DNA of 64,000 nucleotides. Source: Dehalococcoidia bacterium. GTDB taxonomy: Bacteria; Chloroflexota; Dehalococcoidia; Bin125. Of the stretch, positions 30,263 to 39,939 are shown one piece after another. Below the pieces are notes generated by a model. The model was not told the DNA's origin and made no database searches. It saw nothing but the letters and a program-made list of their open reading frames with translations. Location of the stretch: positions 2,106,762 through 2,170,761 of the forward strand of contig OZ253456.1 of the NCBI GenBank assembly GCA_965261225.1. The letters run 5' to 3'. Both the position numbers and the translations under genes were made by a program. Position 1 is the first letter of the stretch, and each line of letters begins with the position of its first letter.

Positions 30263-31779
30263 CGTCCAGTCAGTGAACTGAGGGTGAAGAGGCCGCCGAT
30301 CTGCTCAACCTGAGGCAGGTCAGCCACAGACTGCGAGATGCGGTCGATGAACGGGTCGGGCCAGACGCCCATCGCGATGATCGGGGCGATTAGCACGATG
30401 GCCGCAGCGATCTCCCAGCGCGAGAGGTCCTTAAGGGTCTCCCAGCGTGGGTTGAAGGGACCGAGCGCGGCGCGACCCATAAGTCGCAGCACGTAGATCG
30501 CGGTCAATGCAGCCGAGAGGATACCCAAGGCGGCGAAGAGCGGGAAGGTCTCAATTGTGCCGACGAAGATGTGGAACTCGGCGACGAATCCTGACAGGCC
30601 GGGTAACCCGAGCGATGTCAATCCGGCGATGCCGAAGAAGATGACGAACAGCGGCATCTTGCGCACGATACCGCCGAAGACGCGGATATCGCGCGTGTGC
30701 GCCTGGTCATAGAGTCCGCCGACCATGGCGAAGAAGAGGGCGGTCATCACGCCGTGCGAGAACATCTGCAGCACAGCGCCAGTGACGCCAATGTTGTTCA
30801 TCGTCCCCAATCCCATCAGGACGAACCCCATATGGGAGACGGACGAATAACCGATCACGAACTTGAGGTCGGTCTGGTGGATGGCAGCGATCGCGCCATA
30901 GACGGCGGCGACGGCACCGAGGACGAGCAGCACGGGCATCCAGAAGTCGGTGCCGGCGGGCAGGATCTCCATGCCGAGGCGGATGATGCCGAACGCGCCC
31001 AGCTTCATTAGCACGCCGGCGTGAAGCATCGAGACCGCTGTCGGGGCGGCGACGTGGCCGTCGGGCGACCAGGTATGGAAGGGGAAGAGGCCGGCCAGGA
31101 TGCCGCAGCCGATCATGAAGAAGGGGAAGAAGGTATTGGCAAAGCTGCGGCCGAAGTTGACATCGCGGAGCACCGCCATGTCGAAGGTGCCGGCGCCGGC
31201 CTCGGCGAAGACCGCGAAGATGCCAATGAAGATCAGCACGGAGCCGCCGACCAGGACCATGGTCAGCTTCATCGCGCCGTATTCCTTGTTGGTCGAGCCC
31301 CAGATCACGATCAGCAGGTACATCGGCAGCACGGCGAGCTCGTAGGAGAAGAACCAGAAGAAGAGGTCCTGGCCGATGTAGACGCCGTAGACGCCGGTGA
31401 AGAGGGCCATGAAGAGGATGAAGAAGTCCTTCACCCGATGCGTGATCTTCCAGGAGATCAACACGCCGGCGAAACCCACGAGGCCGTTCAGAAGTACGAG
31501 CGGCGCGGCGATGCCGTCGACGGCGAGATGGAGGGAGATGCCGTTCTCGCCGAGGAAGGCGATGTTCTCGATCCACGGGTATTGCAGGTCGAACTGATAG
31601 CCGCCTACGGCGAAGTCGTAGACGGCGAAGATGTAAATCGAGTCGATCAGGGTTGCGATCGTTGTGACCAATGCGATCACACGGACAACATTGCCGTACC
31701 TCGAGGGCACGAACAACGTCAGCAGCATGGCGCCGCCAGGGATCAGCAAGAGCAGGAGGAGTGCTTCGCCTGCGTCCAC
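30259..31779 (-). CDS. nuoM: NADH-quinone oxidoreductase subunit M
   Basis: 506 aa antiporter-like subunit. Confidence 0.85.
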   Translation of the reverse strand: MDAGEALLLLLLIPGGAMLLTLFVPSRYGNVVRVIALVTTIATLIDSIYIFAVYDFAVGGYQFDLQYPWIENIAFLGENGISLHLAVDGIAAPLVLLNGLVGFAGVLISWKITHRVKDFFILFMALFTGVYGVYIGQDLFFWFFSYELAVLPMYLLIVIWGSTNKEYGAMKLTMVLVGGSVLIFIGIFAVFAEAGAGTFDMAVLRDVNFGRSFANTFFPFFMIGCGILAGLFPFHTWSPDGHVAAPTAVSMLHAGVLMKLGAFGIIRLGMEILPAGTDFWMPVLLVLGAVAAVYGAIAAIHQTDLKFVIGYSSVSHMGFVLMGLGTMNNIGVTGAVLQMFSHGVMTALFFAMVGGLYDQAHTRDIRVFGGIVRKMPLFVIFFGIAGLTSLGLPGLSGFVAEFHIFVGTIETFPLFAALGILSAALTAIYVLRLMGRAALGPFNPRWETLKDLSRWEIAAAIVLIAPIIAMGVWPDPFIDRISQSVADLPQVEQIGGLFTLSSLTGR

Positions 31780-31818
31780 GCTGTGTGCCTCTCTCTACTT
31801 CGTTCTTCCGTTAGCCCA

Positions 31819-33753
31819 CTACCCGCGTAGTAGGAATGCGAGGCCACCGGCCAGTGCGATGCCGATGACCATCAGCAGCGCGTAGTCGGGGATGCGTCCG
31901 GTGACGTGGTAGCGCAGCCAGTAGGCGACGTAGCGCGTGGCGTCGGCGGGCGCGTTGATGCCGGTGTCGTTGACGATCATGCGGTCGAACCAGGCGACGA
32001 TCCGGGCCAGCGGCAGTATGGCGCGGTCGATGCCCCACTGATAGGCCTCGTCGAAGTAGAACTTGTTCTCGACGGCGGCGGCCAGGCGCGGCTGGAACTC
32101 GCGCACGGCTTTCGCTCGATGCGAGTTGCGACCCCAGAAGAACCACCAGGCAGTGAGGACTCCAAGCAGCGAGATCGTGCCGGTGACGGCGGCGATCGAG
32201 TTGGAGAAGTGGAAGTCATGCGGCTCGGGGAAGTAGACGTAGTTGCCGATACCGCCGGGGAAACCGAGCGCGGCGCCGACCTGGTCAAAGGCGAGGAAGC
32301 CGACCAGGAAGGTGAGCACCGTGAGGAAGACGAGTGGGATCAGGATGGTCGGTGGCGCCTCGCGGGCGCGCCTGATCACGGCGAGATCCTTAGGCGGACC
32401 GAAGAAGGTGATGAACACCAGTCGCGCCATGTAGAGGGCGGAGAGGAATGCGGCCACGCCGAGCAGGATGGCGACCAACGTGTTGGCGCCGCCGATCGTG
32501 GCGACGAAGATTTCGTCCTTGGAGAAGAATCCGGATAGCGGTGGGATCCCGGCCAGTGCGATCGCGGAGATGATGAAGGTCGATGCCGTCACGGGCATCC
32601 GCCACCAGAGTCCACCGAGCTTGCGCGCGTCCTGTTCCCCGGTCATATGAATCACCGAGCCAGACCCGAGGAAAAGGCAGGCCTTGAAGAAGGCGTGGGT
32701 CAGTAAGTGGAACATGGCAATGCCGACGGCGCCGACGCCCAGGGCGACGAACATGAATCCGAGCTGAGACACAGTGGAGTAGGCGAGCACGCGCTTGATG
32801 TCGTTTTGGGCCAGCGCCATGATCCCGGCGAGCAGCGCCGTGGTCAGGCCGACGACCAGGACCACGTTGGAAGCGCCCGGAGCGACTTCGAAGACGGGCA
32901 ACATTCGCGCGACCAGGTAGACGCCGGCGACGACCATCGTGGCGGCGTGGATCAGTGCGGAGACGGGCGTCGGGCCTTCCATCGCGTCGGGCAACCAGAC
33001 GTGGAACGGCACCTGCGCCGACTTGCCGGCTGCGCCGAGGAAGAGCATCAGCGTGGAAAGCGTGAGATAGCCGTCGCCCATCACCTGCGGCAGATCGTTG
33101 ACGCGGCCAGCTTCGGCAGCGGCAATGATGTCGGAAATCTGGAAGGATCCGGTTGCGCGCCAGAAGAGGATGATGCCGATGAACAGGCCGACATCGCCGA
33201 GTCGCGTGGTGACGAACGCCTTCTTGGCCGCCTCGACAGCGGAGCGGCGCTCGTAGTAGAAGCCGATCAGGAGGAAGGAGCAGAGGCCCACGCCCTCCCA
33301 GGCGACGAACATGAGCAGCAGGTTGTCGGCGAGCACCAACGTGAGCATCGCCGAGACGAAGAGCGAGAGCACGGCGAAGTACCACCAGTAGCGCGGCTCG
33401 GGCTTGCCTTGGTGTCGCAGATAGTTGGTCGAATACAGGTTGACCATCAGCGCGACGGTCGAGACGACGAACACCATCACGATGGCGATTGAGTCGACGG
33501 TGAATCCGAGGCGGACGATGAAGCTGTCGAAGTTGATCCAGTCGGTACCGACATTGCGGATGCCGCCGAGTCCGGCTCCGAGCCAATCGAGGTGTGACTC
33601 GAGCACGAAGAAGAAGAGCACGAACACGGCCAGTGCGGCGCCCACGGAAATAAAGTCGCCGCCGCGAGGCAGGAAGCGTCCGAACGCGAACAGCACGAGG
33701 AACGCAATAGCCGGGATCGCCGGCAGAATCCACGCGTGGTCAGCCCAGATCAT
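31819..33753 (-). CDS. nuoL: NADH-quinone oxidoreductase subunit L
   Basis: 644 aa antiporter-like subunit with a long C-terminal helix region. Confidence 0.85.
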   Translation of the reverse strand: MIWADHAWILPAIPAIAFLVLFAFGRFLPRGGDFISVGAALAVFVLFFFVLESHLDWLGAGLGGIRNVGTDWINFDSFIVRLGFTVDSIAIVMVFVVSTVALMVNLYSTNYLRHQGKPEPRYWWYFAVLSLFVSAMLTLVLADNLLLMFVAWEGVGLCSFLLIGFYYERRSAVEAAKKAFVTTRLGDVGLFIGIILFWRATGSFQISDIIAAAEAGRVNDLPQVMGDGYLTLSTLMLFLGAAGKSAQVPFHVWLPDAMEGPTPVSALIHAATMVVAGVYLVARMLPVFEVAPGASNVVLVVGLTTALLAGIMALAQNDIKRVLAYSTVSQLGFMFVALGVGAVGIAMFHLLTHAFFKACLFLGSGSVIHMTGEQDARKLGGLWWRMPVTASTFIISAIALAGIPPLSGFFSKDEIFVATIGGANTLVAILLGVAAFLSALYMARLVFITFFGPPKDLAVIRRAREAPPTILIPLVFLTVLTFLVGFLAFDQVGAALGFPGGIGNYVYFPEPHDFHFSNSIAAVTGTISLLGVLTAWWFFWGRNSHRAKAVREFQPRLAAAVENKFYFDEAYQWGIDRAILPLARIVAWFDRMIVNDTGINAPADATRYVAYWLRYHVTGRIPDYALLMVIGIALAGGLAFLLRG

Positions 33754-33769
33754 CAGCGCATGCTCCCGG

Positions 33770-34084
33770 TTACCACTTGAGGAGGTTCACTTCATCGACG
33801 TTGGCGGTGGCTCGGTTGCGGAAGGTCCGCACGACGATACCGAGCGCCAGCGCGACCTCGGCGGCCGCGATGACGATGATGAAGAAGGCAAAGACGATTC
33901 CGGTGATATTGCCGAAATCGACCTGTCCGTAGACCGCGAAGGCGACCATGTTGAGCGAAACGGCGTTGAGCATCAGCTCAACAGAGAGCAGGATCAGCAC
34001 CGCGTTGCGCCGCGTGAGGACACCCATCACGCCGATCGCAAACAGGATCGCGTTGACAATCAGGATGTGATCAAGCGGTGGCAT
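33770..34084 (-). CDS. nuoK: NADH-quinone oxidoreductase subunit K
   Basis: 104 aa, 3 TM. Confidence 0.85.
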   Translation of the reverse strand: MPPLDHILIVNAILFAIGVMGVLTRRNAVLILLSVELMLNAVSLNMVAFAVYGQVDFGNITGIVFAFFIIVIAAAEVALALGIVVRTFRNRATANVDEVNLLKW

Positions 34085-34602
34085 TAGGTCTCGTCCTCAT
34101 CAGGTGAGGCGAGCATGATCGCGCCGTCCAGCGCAATCGAGAGCAGCACGCCGACGATGATGAAGGGGACGATCCAGATCGTGAAGATGGCGTCGCCGAT
34201 GGTCTGCAGACCGACCGACTGAATCGCGGATGATGTTGCCGGCGTGGTCCAGGTCGTGGCGACGATGCCGCCGATCAGTGCGGCAAGGAGGCCGAGGGAG
34301 GCAGCGATGCCGAGCGGTCGTGTGCGTCCGAAGAGGGCTTGCGGCCGCTCGCGGGCACGGGTGAGCATGAGCGCGAAGAGGATCAGGATGACCACCGCCG
34401 AGCCGTAGATGAGCAACTGAACGAGGGCGAGGAACTCGACCGTGAGAATCAGGTAGATGCCTGCGACGCCGGCCAGAGCAGCGATGAAAAAGAGTGCGGC
34501 ATAGACGATGTTGCCTGCAGTGACGACGCCGATCGCGGAGACCAGCATGACCACAGCCAAGATCCAGAAGACCACCTGAGTCGCAGTGACGCCATCCTCC
34601 AC
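34084..34602 (-). CDS. nuoJ: NADH-quinone oxidoreductase subunit J
   Basis: 172 aa. Confidence 0.8.
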   Translation of the reverse strand: MEDGVTATQVVFWILAVVMLVSAIGVVTAGNIVYAALFFIAALAGVAGIYLILTVEFLALVQLLIYGSAVVILILFALMLTRARERPQALFGRTRPLGIAASLGLLAALIGGIVATTWTTPATSSAIQSVGLQTIGDAIFTIWIVPFIIVGVLLSIALDGAIMLASPDEDET

Positions 34603-34632
34603 GGGGCTCCTCTTCCTCTACTGCTTCACTGT

Positions 34633-35841
34633 TTAGTCGCCGCCGGCTTCGACCGGGGTGACTTCGGGGGCGGTGATCACGCGCGGCGTGGCCGGCCTGG
34701 TTTGCACGGTGCGGGCGCCCGCGCCCTTCTTCTGGCTCATCAGGTAGTAGACCAGGCCTCCGAGCGCCGCGAGCAGCGCAAAGGAGACGAGTCCGACGAC
34801 CCAGTCGGGGCCGCCATAGGCGAGGATGATGCCGTTGGCGAGGACCTGGACGATGGCGAAGGGCAGCAGGATCTTCCAAGAGAAGGCCATCAATTGATCA
34901 ATGCGGAGTCGGGGGAAGAGTGCGCGTGAGCCGATCACCAGCACGATCATGACCGATGTCTTGACCATGGTCAGGACGATCTGCAATCCCAGCCCAACAT
35001 CCGCGCCGAACGGCCAGTTCCAGCCGCCCAGGAAGAGCGAGGATGCGAGCAGCACCAGCAGGAAGAGCGCGGTGTACTCGGCGAGGAAGAATATGCCCCA
35101 GCGCATGCCGGAGTACTCGACGAAGTAGCCGCCGACGACTTCCGATTCGGCAATCGGCATGTCGAAGGGCGGTCGGTGCAGCTCGGCCAGCGTGCCGATC
35201 AGGAAGATGACGAAGCCAAGCGGCTGGAGCAGGATGTATGGGGTCGTGGTCTGGTCGCCGACGATCGCGTTGATCGAGCCAGCCATTGAAGCGTCGCCGT
35301 CGACGGCGAGTCGGCTGGCGGCCACCATCACCACGGCGACGATGATCAGGAGCATGGGAATTTCGTAGGAGATGGCCTGCGCGGCCGCGCGAACGCCACC
35401 GAGCAGCGCGTACTTGTTGTCGGAGCCCCAGGCAGCCATCACCACGCCGACGATGTTGAGGCCCAGCACGCCAAAGACGAAGAGCAGTCCAAGGTTGAGG
35501 TCGCGGACGAACCAGGTCTCGGTGAAGGGCATCGGGATGAAGACGAGGAAGACCGGCACGAACGCCATATAGGGCGCGAGCTCGAAGGCCCAGCGGTCCG
35601 CCGTGATCGGGCGGACATCTTCCTTGGTGACGAGCTTGAGCGCGTCGGCGATTGACTGCAGCATGCCCATCGGGCCGGTGCGCGTAGGACCGACGCGGGC
35701 CTGTAGACGGGCAAGGATCTTGCGCTCGAGGTAGATCAGGGCGAATGCGTTGATCGTCATCAATGCGACGATGAATATGACCCGCAACAGCGCATCAATC
35801 CAGTCGGGCATGCTGATGCCGGCGAACTCGCTCAAGACCAT
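34633..35841 (-). CDS. nuoH: NADH-quinone oxidoreductase subunit H
   Basis: NuoH signature ..IYLERKILARLQARVGP... Only 30 nt separate it from nuoJ, which leaves no room for nuoI. Confidence 0.9.
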   Translation of the reverse strand: MVLSEFAGISMPDWIDALLRVIFIVALMTINAFALIYLERKILARLQARVGPTRTGPMGMLQSIADALKLVTKEDVRPITADRWAFELAPYMAFVPVFLVFIPMPFTETWFVRDLNLGLLFVFGVLGLNIVGVVMAAWGSDNKYALLGGVRAAAQAISYEIPMLLIIVAVVMVAASRLAVDGDASMAGSINAIVGDQTTTPYILLQPLGFVIFLIGTLAELHRPPFDMPIAESEVVGGYFVEYSGMRWGIFFLAEYTALFLLVLLASSLFLGGWNWPFGADVGLGLQIVLTMVKTSVMIVLVIGSRALFPRLRIDQLMAFSWKILLPFAIVQVLANGIILAYGGPDWVVGLVSFALLAALGGLVYYLMSQKKGAGARTVQTRPATPRVITAPEVTPVEAGGD

Positions 35842-35957
35842 TTAGCGCATCCCCGATGGCTGTTGCGGCTGCTCACGCAGGTTACACGCAGTCGGCCTTA
35901 TGCCCACCAAGTGAACACCCGCCGGTTGGGGTCGGTTAAAGCGGCGCCTGAAGGGCA

Positions 35958-37121
35958 TTAGCGGTCAACCTCGCAGAGGACGATATCGATCGATCCGAGG
36001 GTGACCACAGCGTCGGCGAGGTAGGTGTTGATCACCTGCGGTTTGAGCGAGGAGAGGTTGTGGAAGCAGGGCGAGCGCATCTTCACGCGCCAGGGCTGGT
36101 CGGTGCCGTCAGAGACCATGTAGATGCCGTACTCGCCGCGCGGGTTCTCCTGGCGCATGTAGATTTCGCCGGGCGGGGGGCGCAGCCGAGCGGGCACGCG
36201 CTCGGGCATGATTGCGCCTGATGTCGGCATCTGATCCAGCGCCTGGCGCAGAATCGTGACCGACTGGCGCATTTCCTCGAGGCGGACGAGGTAGCGGTCG
36301 TAGACATCGCCGCGCTCTCCGACCGGAATCTCCCAGTGGAAGCGGTCGTAGATCGAGTAGGGCTCGTCGACGCGCAGGTCGAAGGGCACGCCGGAGGCGC
36401 GCAGCATCGGTCCGGTGACGCCGAAGGAGATGGCATCCTCGGCGGTCATCGCGCCGACATCACGGCAGCGGGCGACGAAAACCTCGTTGTCGGTCATCAG
36501 GTCGTCGACATCGCCGATGCCGATCTCGATCTGGTCAAGCACCCAATGCGAGTCCTCGACGAAGGTCTCGTGCGGCTCCCAGGCGAGTCCGCCGACGCGG
36601 AAGTAGTTGTACATAATCCGGTCACCGCAGACGGCCTCGAAGAGGTCCTGGATGCGTTCGCGTTCCTTGAACGTCCAGGTGAAGGCCGTGCCGAAGTAGC
36701 CGACATCGGTACCGAACGCGCCCATGAACATGAAGTGCGACATGATCCGGTTGAATTCGGACAGGATCAGGCGGATGTACTCGGCGCGCTCGGGGATTTC
36801 GATCCCGGCGAGACGCTCAACGGCGTTGACATAGACCCACTCGGAGTTGAAGGCAGCCAGATAATCGGTGCGGTCCTGGTAGCCCAGCGCGCCTCGGTAG
36901 TCGAGGTTCTCGGAGAGTTTCTCACCGCCGCGGTGCATGTAGCCGATGTAGGGAATGGCGTCCTTGACGATCTCGCCGTCGACGGTCAGGACCATGCGGA
37001 AGACGCCGTGGGTCGCGGGATGCTGCGGCCCGATGTTGATGTTCATGTCGACGGTCTCGAACTCGCGCTCAACGACGACGGGCTCAGTAAGTATTTCGCC
37101 TTCGAAGGTTCGCTGGACCAT
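35958..37121 (-). CDS. nuoD: NADH-quinone oxidoreductase subunit D (49 kDa)
   Basis: Conserved from MVQRTFEGEIL..NIGPQHPATHGV... The true ATG is at 37121 with a GGGAG RBS. The upstream 215 aa of track ORF 35958..37826 is spurious read-through. Confidence 0.9.
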   Translation of the reverse strand: MVQRTFEGEILTEPVVVEREFETVDMNINIGPQHPATHGVFRMVLTVDGEIVKDAIPYIGYMHRGGEKLSENLDYRGALGYQDRTDYLAAFNSEWVYVNAVERLAGIEIPERAEYIRLILSEFNRIMSHFMFMGAFGTDVGYFGTAFTWTFKERERIQDLFEAVCGDRIMYNYFRVGGLAWEPHETFVEDSHWVLDQIEIGIGDVDDLMTDNEVFVARCRDVGAMTAEDAISFGVTGPMLRASGVPFDLRVDEPYSIYDRFHWEIPVGERGDVYDRYLVRLEEMRQSVTILRQALDQMPTSGAIMPERVPARLRPPPGEIYMRQENPRGEYGIYMVSDGTDQPWRVKMRSPCFHNLSSLKPQVINTYLADAVVTLGSIDIVLCEVDR

Positions 37122-37133
37122 GCGGCCTACTCC

Positions 37134-37181
37134 CTGTTCGTCGTTCTGTTCCTCGTGCTGTTCGTCGTGCTGTTCGCCGTC
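37134..37181. repeat. 12-nt tandem repeat x4 (CTGTTCGTCGTG) in the nuoC-nuoD spacer
   Basis: Read directly from the sequence, immediately upstream of the nuoD RBS. Confidence 0.6.
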
Positions 37182-37219
37182 AGTGGGCGAACGTCCATCG
37201 TTGAGACCGATCCGACCAC

Positions 37220-38215
37220 TTAGCCGCCGCGCAACTGGATACGACGGGCGGCGGCCAACTCGCGACCCAGTCGGACGCGCTCGGCGAGCGCTTCGGCGCG
37301 ACCCTCGGGGTCCTCTTCCGCGTCGGGAATGCTTGGTAGCTCGGGCGGCGGCGGGGCCGGCGGACGGTCGTCCTGTACCGGCGCGGCGGCCGGGGCCGAG
37401 GCGGCGGCCGGAGCAGCAGCAGGCGCCGCTGCGGGAGGCGGCGGCGGCGCGGCGCCTTCGGGTCGCGGACCACCGGCGGCCGGCGCGCCGGCCAGACGTT
37501 CGGCGCGGCGGATGGCGGCGATTTCGCGTGCGCGGGCCACGCGGTCGGCCTGCTCGGCCTTGCGTTCGGCGCGCTCTTCTTCGGTCATGTCCTCGACGCG
37601 CTTGCGCGTGGGAGCGGCGGCGGCCGTCGGGGCTGCTTCCGCTGCTTCCTCCGGCTCGGGCGGCGGATGCTGCTTGGTGAAGAAGGCGACGTCGACGCCC
37701 TGCTCCATCTCGACCGGCGCGAGCGGATGGCTCTTGCGCAGCGGATGGATATCGAGGTCTTCGTCGAGCAGGAGATTGCGCGGGTCGGGATGACCAAGGA
37801 ACTCGATGCCGAACATTTCGCGGCATTCGCGCTCGGCCCAGTCGGCCATGTTGTAGAGGTCGGTGACCGACTCAACGAACGCGCCTTCGGAGGGCAGCCA
37901 GGCCTTGATCGTCACTGCATGTCGCAGCGGGATCGAGTAGAGGTGGTAGACGATCTCGAGTCCGCGCACTTCCCAGTCGACGGCGGTCTGGTTGCGCAGC
38001 AGATTCATCTGCAGGCGCTCGTCGTCTCGGCTTCGCTGGAGCACTTCGTGGATAGCATCGGACGGGATCGTCAGCGCGACATCGTCGCCTTTGGTCATCG
38101 CTGCGCCGAAGTTGATCAGCGGCATGACCCGGCGATAGGTATCGGCGATCGAGCCGGGCGGCGGCTCGTTGCTCGGCGGCGGCTCGGGCGCGACGGGCGT
38201 GCGTCGGGATGTCAT
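37220..38215 (-). CDS. nuoC: NADH-quinone oxidoreductase subunit C (30 kDa) with ~150 aa Ala/Pro/Glu-rich C-terminal extension
   Basis: N-terminal NuoC core (..ECREMFGIEF.GHPD.R.LL..). The region after ..VAFFTKQHPP is a low-complexity AAPAAAP/EEAAE tail. Confidence 0.8.
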   Translation of the reverse strand: MTSRRTPVAPEPPPSNEPPPGSIADTYRRVMPLINFGAAMTKGDDVALTIPSDAIHEVLQRSRDDERLQMNLLRNQTAVDWEVRGLEIVYHLYSIPLRHAVTIKAWLPSEGAFVESVTDLYNMADWAERECREMFGIEFLGHPDPRNLLLDEDLDIHPLRKSHPLAPVEMEQGVDVAFFTKQHPPPEPEEAAEAAPTAAAAPTRKRVEDMTEEERAERKAEQADRVARAREIAAIRRAERLAGAPAAGGPRPEGAAPPPPPAAAPAAAPAAASAPAAAPVQDDRPPAPPPPELPSIPDAEEDPEGRAEALAERVRLGRELAAARRIQLRGG

Positions 38216-38221
38216 GGTTGC

Positions 38222-38860
38222 TTAGTAACCCCGCGCTCGTTCTTCGACGATCTTCTCCTGCAACGCAAGGAGTCCATCGATCAGCGCTTCCGGTCGGGGC
38301 GGGCAGCCGGGCACGTAGACATCAACGGGGATGATGTTGTCGACACCTTGGACGACCCGGTCGTATTGCGTGTAGGGGCCGCCGTTGGTGGCGCAGGCGC
38401 CCATCGAGATGACCCACTTGGGATGCGGCATCTGTTCGTAGAGCAGCTTGACCGCAGGGGCCATCTTCTTGGTCACGGTGCCGGCGACGATCATCACGTC
38501 GGACTGTCGCGGCGAGGGCCAGGGCACGATGCCGAAGCGGTCGAGGTCGTGATTGGCCATGTAGGTCGCGATCATCTCGATCGCGCAGCAGGCCAGACCA
38601 AAGGTCATCGGCCAGAGCGAGGACTTGCGGGCGGCGGAGATCAACGCCTCGGCCGGCGCCTGCATGATGCCGGGCAGGACCATCTTGTAGGGCACCGTGG
38701 GCGGAACGTCTTCAACGGCATAGAGCCGCAGCGACTCGGGGGAAATGATGACAGGCGTGGGATCGCCCATGTGTGGTGGATGGGAGGTCGTCATATGCCG
38801 CGCCTCGCTCGATTCATGTCGCGCTAGTTCCGTTGCCAGTCGAACACGCCCTTGCGCCAA
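38222..38860 (-). CDS. nuoB: NADH-quinone oxidoreductase subunit B (20 kDa)
   Basis: [11 protein letters not shown] cluster N2 ligands. The start may be the internal MTTSHPP (38794) rather than 38860, which would overlap nuoA. Confidence 0.85.
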   Translation of the reverse strand: MAQGRVRLATELARHESSEARHMTTSHPPHMGDPTPVIISPESLRLYAVEDVPPTVPYKMVLPGIMQAPAEALISAARKSSLWPMTFGLACCAIEMIATYMANHDLDRFGIVPWPSPRQSDVMIVAGTVTKKMAPAVKLLYEQMPHPKWVISMGACATNGGPYTQYDRVVQGVDNIIPVDVYVPGCPPRPEALIDGLLALQEKIVEERARGY

Positions 38861-39213
38861 GCGTAGGCGAGCGCCGCCAGCAACGTGCCAATGAACAGAA
38901 CCATCTGCCAGAGAATGACCTTGCCATAGTCGGACTCGCCCATCAGTCCGAGGAAGGAGACGGCCCAGGGGAAGAGGAAGACCACTTCAACATCGAAGAT
39001 GAGGAAGAGCAGTGCGTAGGTGTAGTAGCGGACATGGACCTGGGCCCAGTTGCGGCCAATCGGCAGCATGCCGCATTCGTAGACCTGGCCCTTGAGCGCG
39101 GTCCGGCGCTGCGGAGCGAGCAACTTTGTTGCAAGAAGCGCGCTCAGAACGAGCATGATCCCGACCGGAATGGCGATCAGGACAGCGCCGTAGTTCTCAA
39201 ACAGTTCTGACAC
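38824..39213 (-). CDS. nuoA: NADH-quinone oxidoreductase subunit A
   Basis: 129 aa, 3 TM, first gene of the array. Confidence 0.85.
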   Translation of the reverse strand: MSELFENYGAVLIAIPVGIMLVLSALLATKLLAPQRRTALKGQVYECGMLPIGRNWAQVHVRYYTYALLFLIFDVEVVFLFPWAVSFLGLMGESDYGKVILWQMVLFIGTLLAALAYAWRKGVFDWQRN

Positions 39214-39323
39214 GAATACCTGCCATCGGCTGTTCAGTTGCCGCTATCGCGGTGCACCAGATTCCACTGTGCGAACAGATCGTACCCGCGTGGTGTGATC
39301 AGGGTCAATGTTTGGGGCTTTGC

Positions 39324-39647
39324 CTAGCGTCTGGTGGCCGAAAGTGGCGCGAGCTTCACGTCCACCTCCACCATGCCAACAGTCGTCTCCGTATCAGGTG
39401 CGTCCTCACCATCCTCGGCGAGGAGCGCGATGTGGTACGCCATCGCGTCGACAACTGACATCTCCGGCAGCTCGACTGCGACGCCGTTTTCCTGAAGCCC
39501 CTCGATGTGGAACTGAATGGCCTCGCGAATCATGTCCCTCGTCTCCGCCAGGGAATCTGCGGCGCTGATGCATCCAGGCAGATCCGGGACGTAGGCGCTG
39601 AAGTTGTCAGGCGCGCGCTCAAAGACCACGGCGTACTTCAGCGTCAT
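39324..39647 (-). CDS. hicB: HicB-family antitoxin (UPF0150/RNase H-like fold)
   Basis: MTLKYAVVFERAPDNFSAYVPDLPGCISAADSLAETRDMIREAIQFHIEGLQENG matches the HicB N-terminal domain. Confidence 0.7.
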   Translation of the reverse strand: MTLKYAVVFERAPDNFSAYVPDLPGCISAADSLAETRDMIREAIQFHIEGLQENGVAVELPEMSVVDAMAYHIALLAEDGEDAPDTETTVGMVEVDVKLAPLSATRR

Positions 39648-39800
39648 CGTCGCTCCTCCGCCAGTCCCGCTTGTCTCAGGATATTCCTCCAGGCGCCCTT
39701 CGCAAGATCCTTCGAGGGCCGTCCAACATCGTCATTCCCGCGCTCCGCCGCGGGAATCTCGCGGAGTGCTGCACCGACGTCCGAACCTCACGAACCACGT
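39644..39800 (-). pseudogene. hicA: decayed hicA (mRNA interferase toxin) upstream of hicB, disrupted by a REP-like hairpin and an in-frame TGA
   Basis: My own translation gives ..KRGS*GSDVGAALREIPAAERGNDDVGRPSKDLAKGAWRNILRQAGLAEERR* with the stop overlapping the hicB ATG (ATGA). The C-terminus matches the HicA consensus (..P.HP.KDL..GTL..ILKQAGL). EIPAAERGND is encoded by the CGTCATTCCCGCG..CGCGGGAATCTCG hairpin. There is no intact N-terminus or start. Confidence 0.4.
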
Positions 39801-39880
39801 TTGTCGCAATCGCTCACCCGGCTCTTGGCTGCCGTGCCGAGCGCAGCGAGATACCCGCGGCGGATCGCGGGTATGACGGA
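39725..39880. repeat. composite two-hairpin REP-like element (same architecture as 20455-20640) overlapping the hicA remnant
   Basis: CGTCATTCCCGCGCTCCGCCGCGGGAATCTCG ... GAGATACCCGCGGCGGATCGCGGGTATGACGG. Confidence 0.75.
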
Positions 39881-39939
39881 GGTTGATAACGGGGGACTTC
39901 TCAGACCGGCTCCAGGGACGGGGAGTGAATCTCTTTGAG

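Noticed and set aside
37122-37826. N-terminal 215 aa of track ORF 35958..37826 as part of NuoD
   Set aside because: NuoD homology begins at MVQRTFEGEI (ATG 37121) with a GGGAG RBS. The upstream part is an alternative frame across the nuoC 3' end and the tandem-repeat spacer.
39724-39900. Intact hicA upstream of hicB
   Set aside because: Only the C-terminal ~25 aa are convincingly HicA-like. The upstream frame contains a TGA and hairpin-derived residues, and no start codon or RBS is present. It is called a pseudogene instead.
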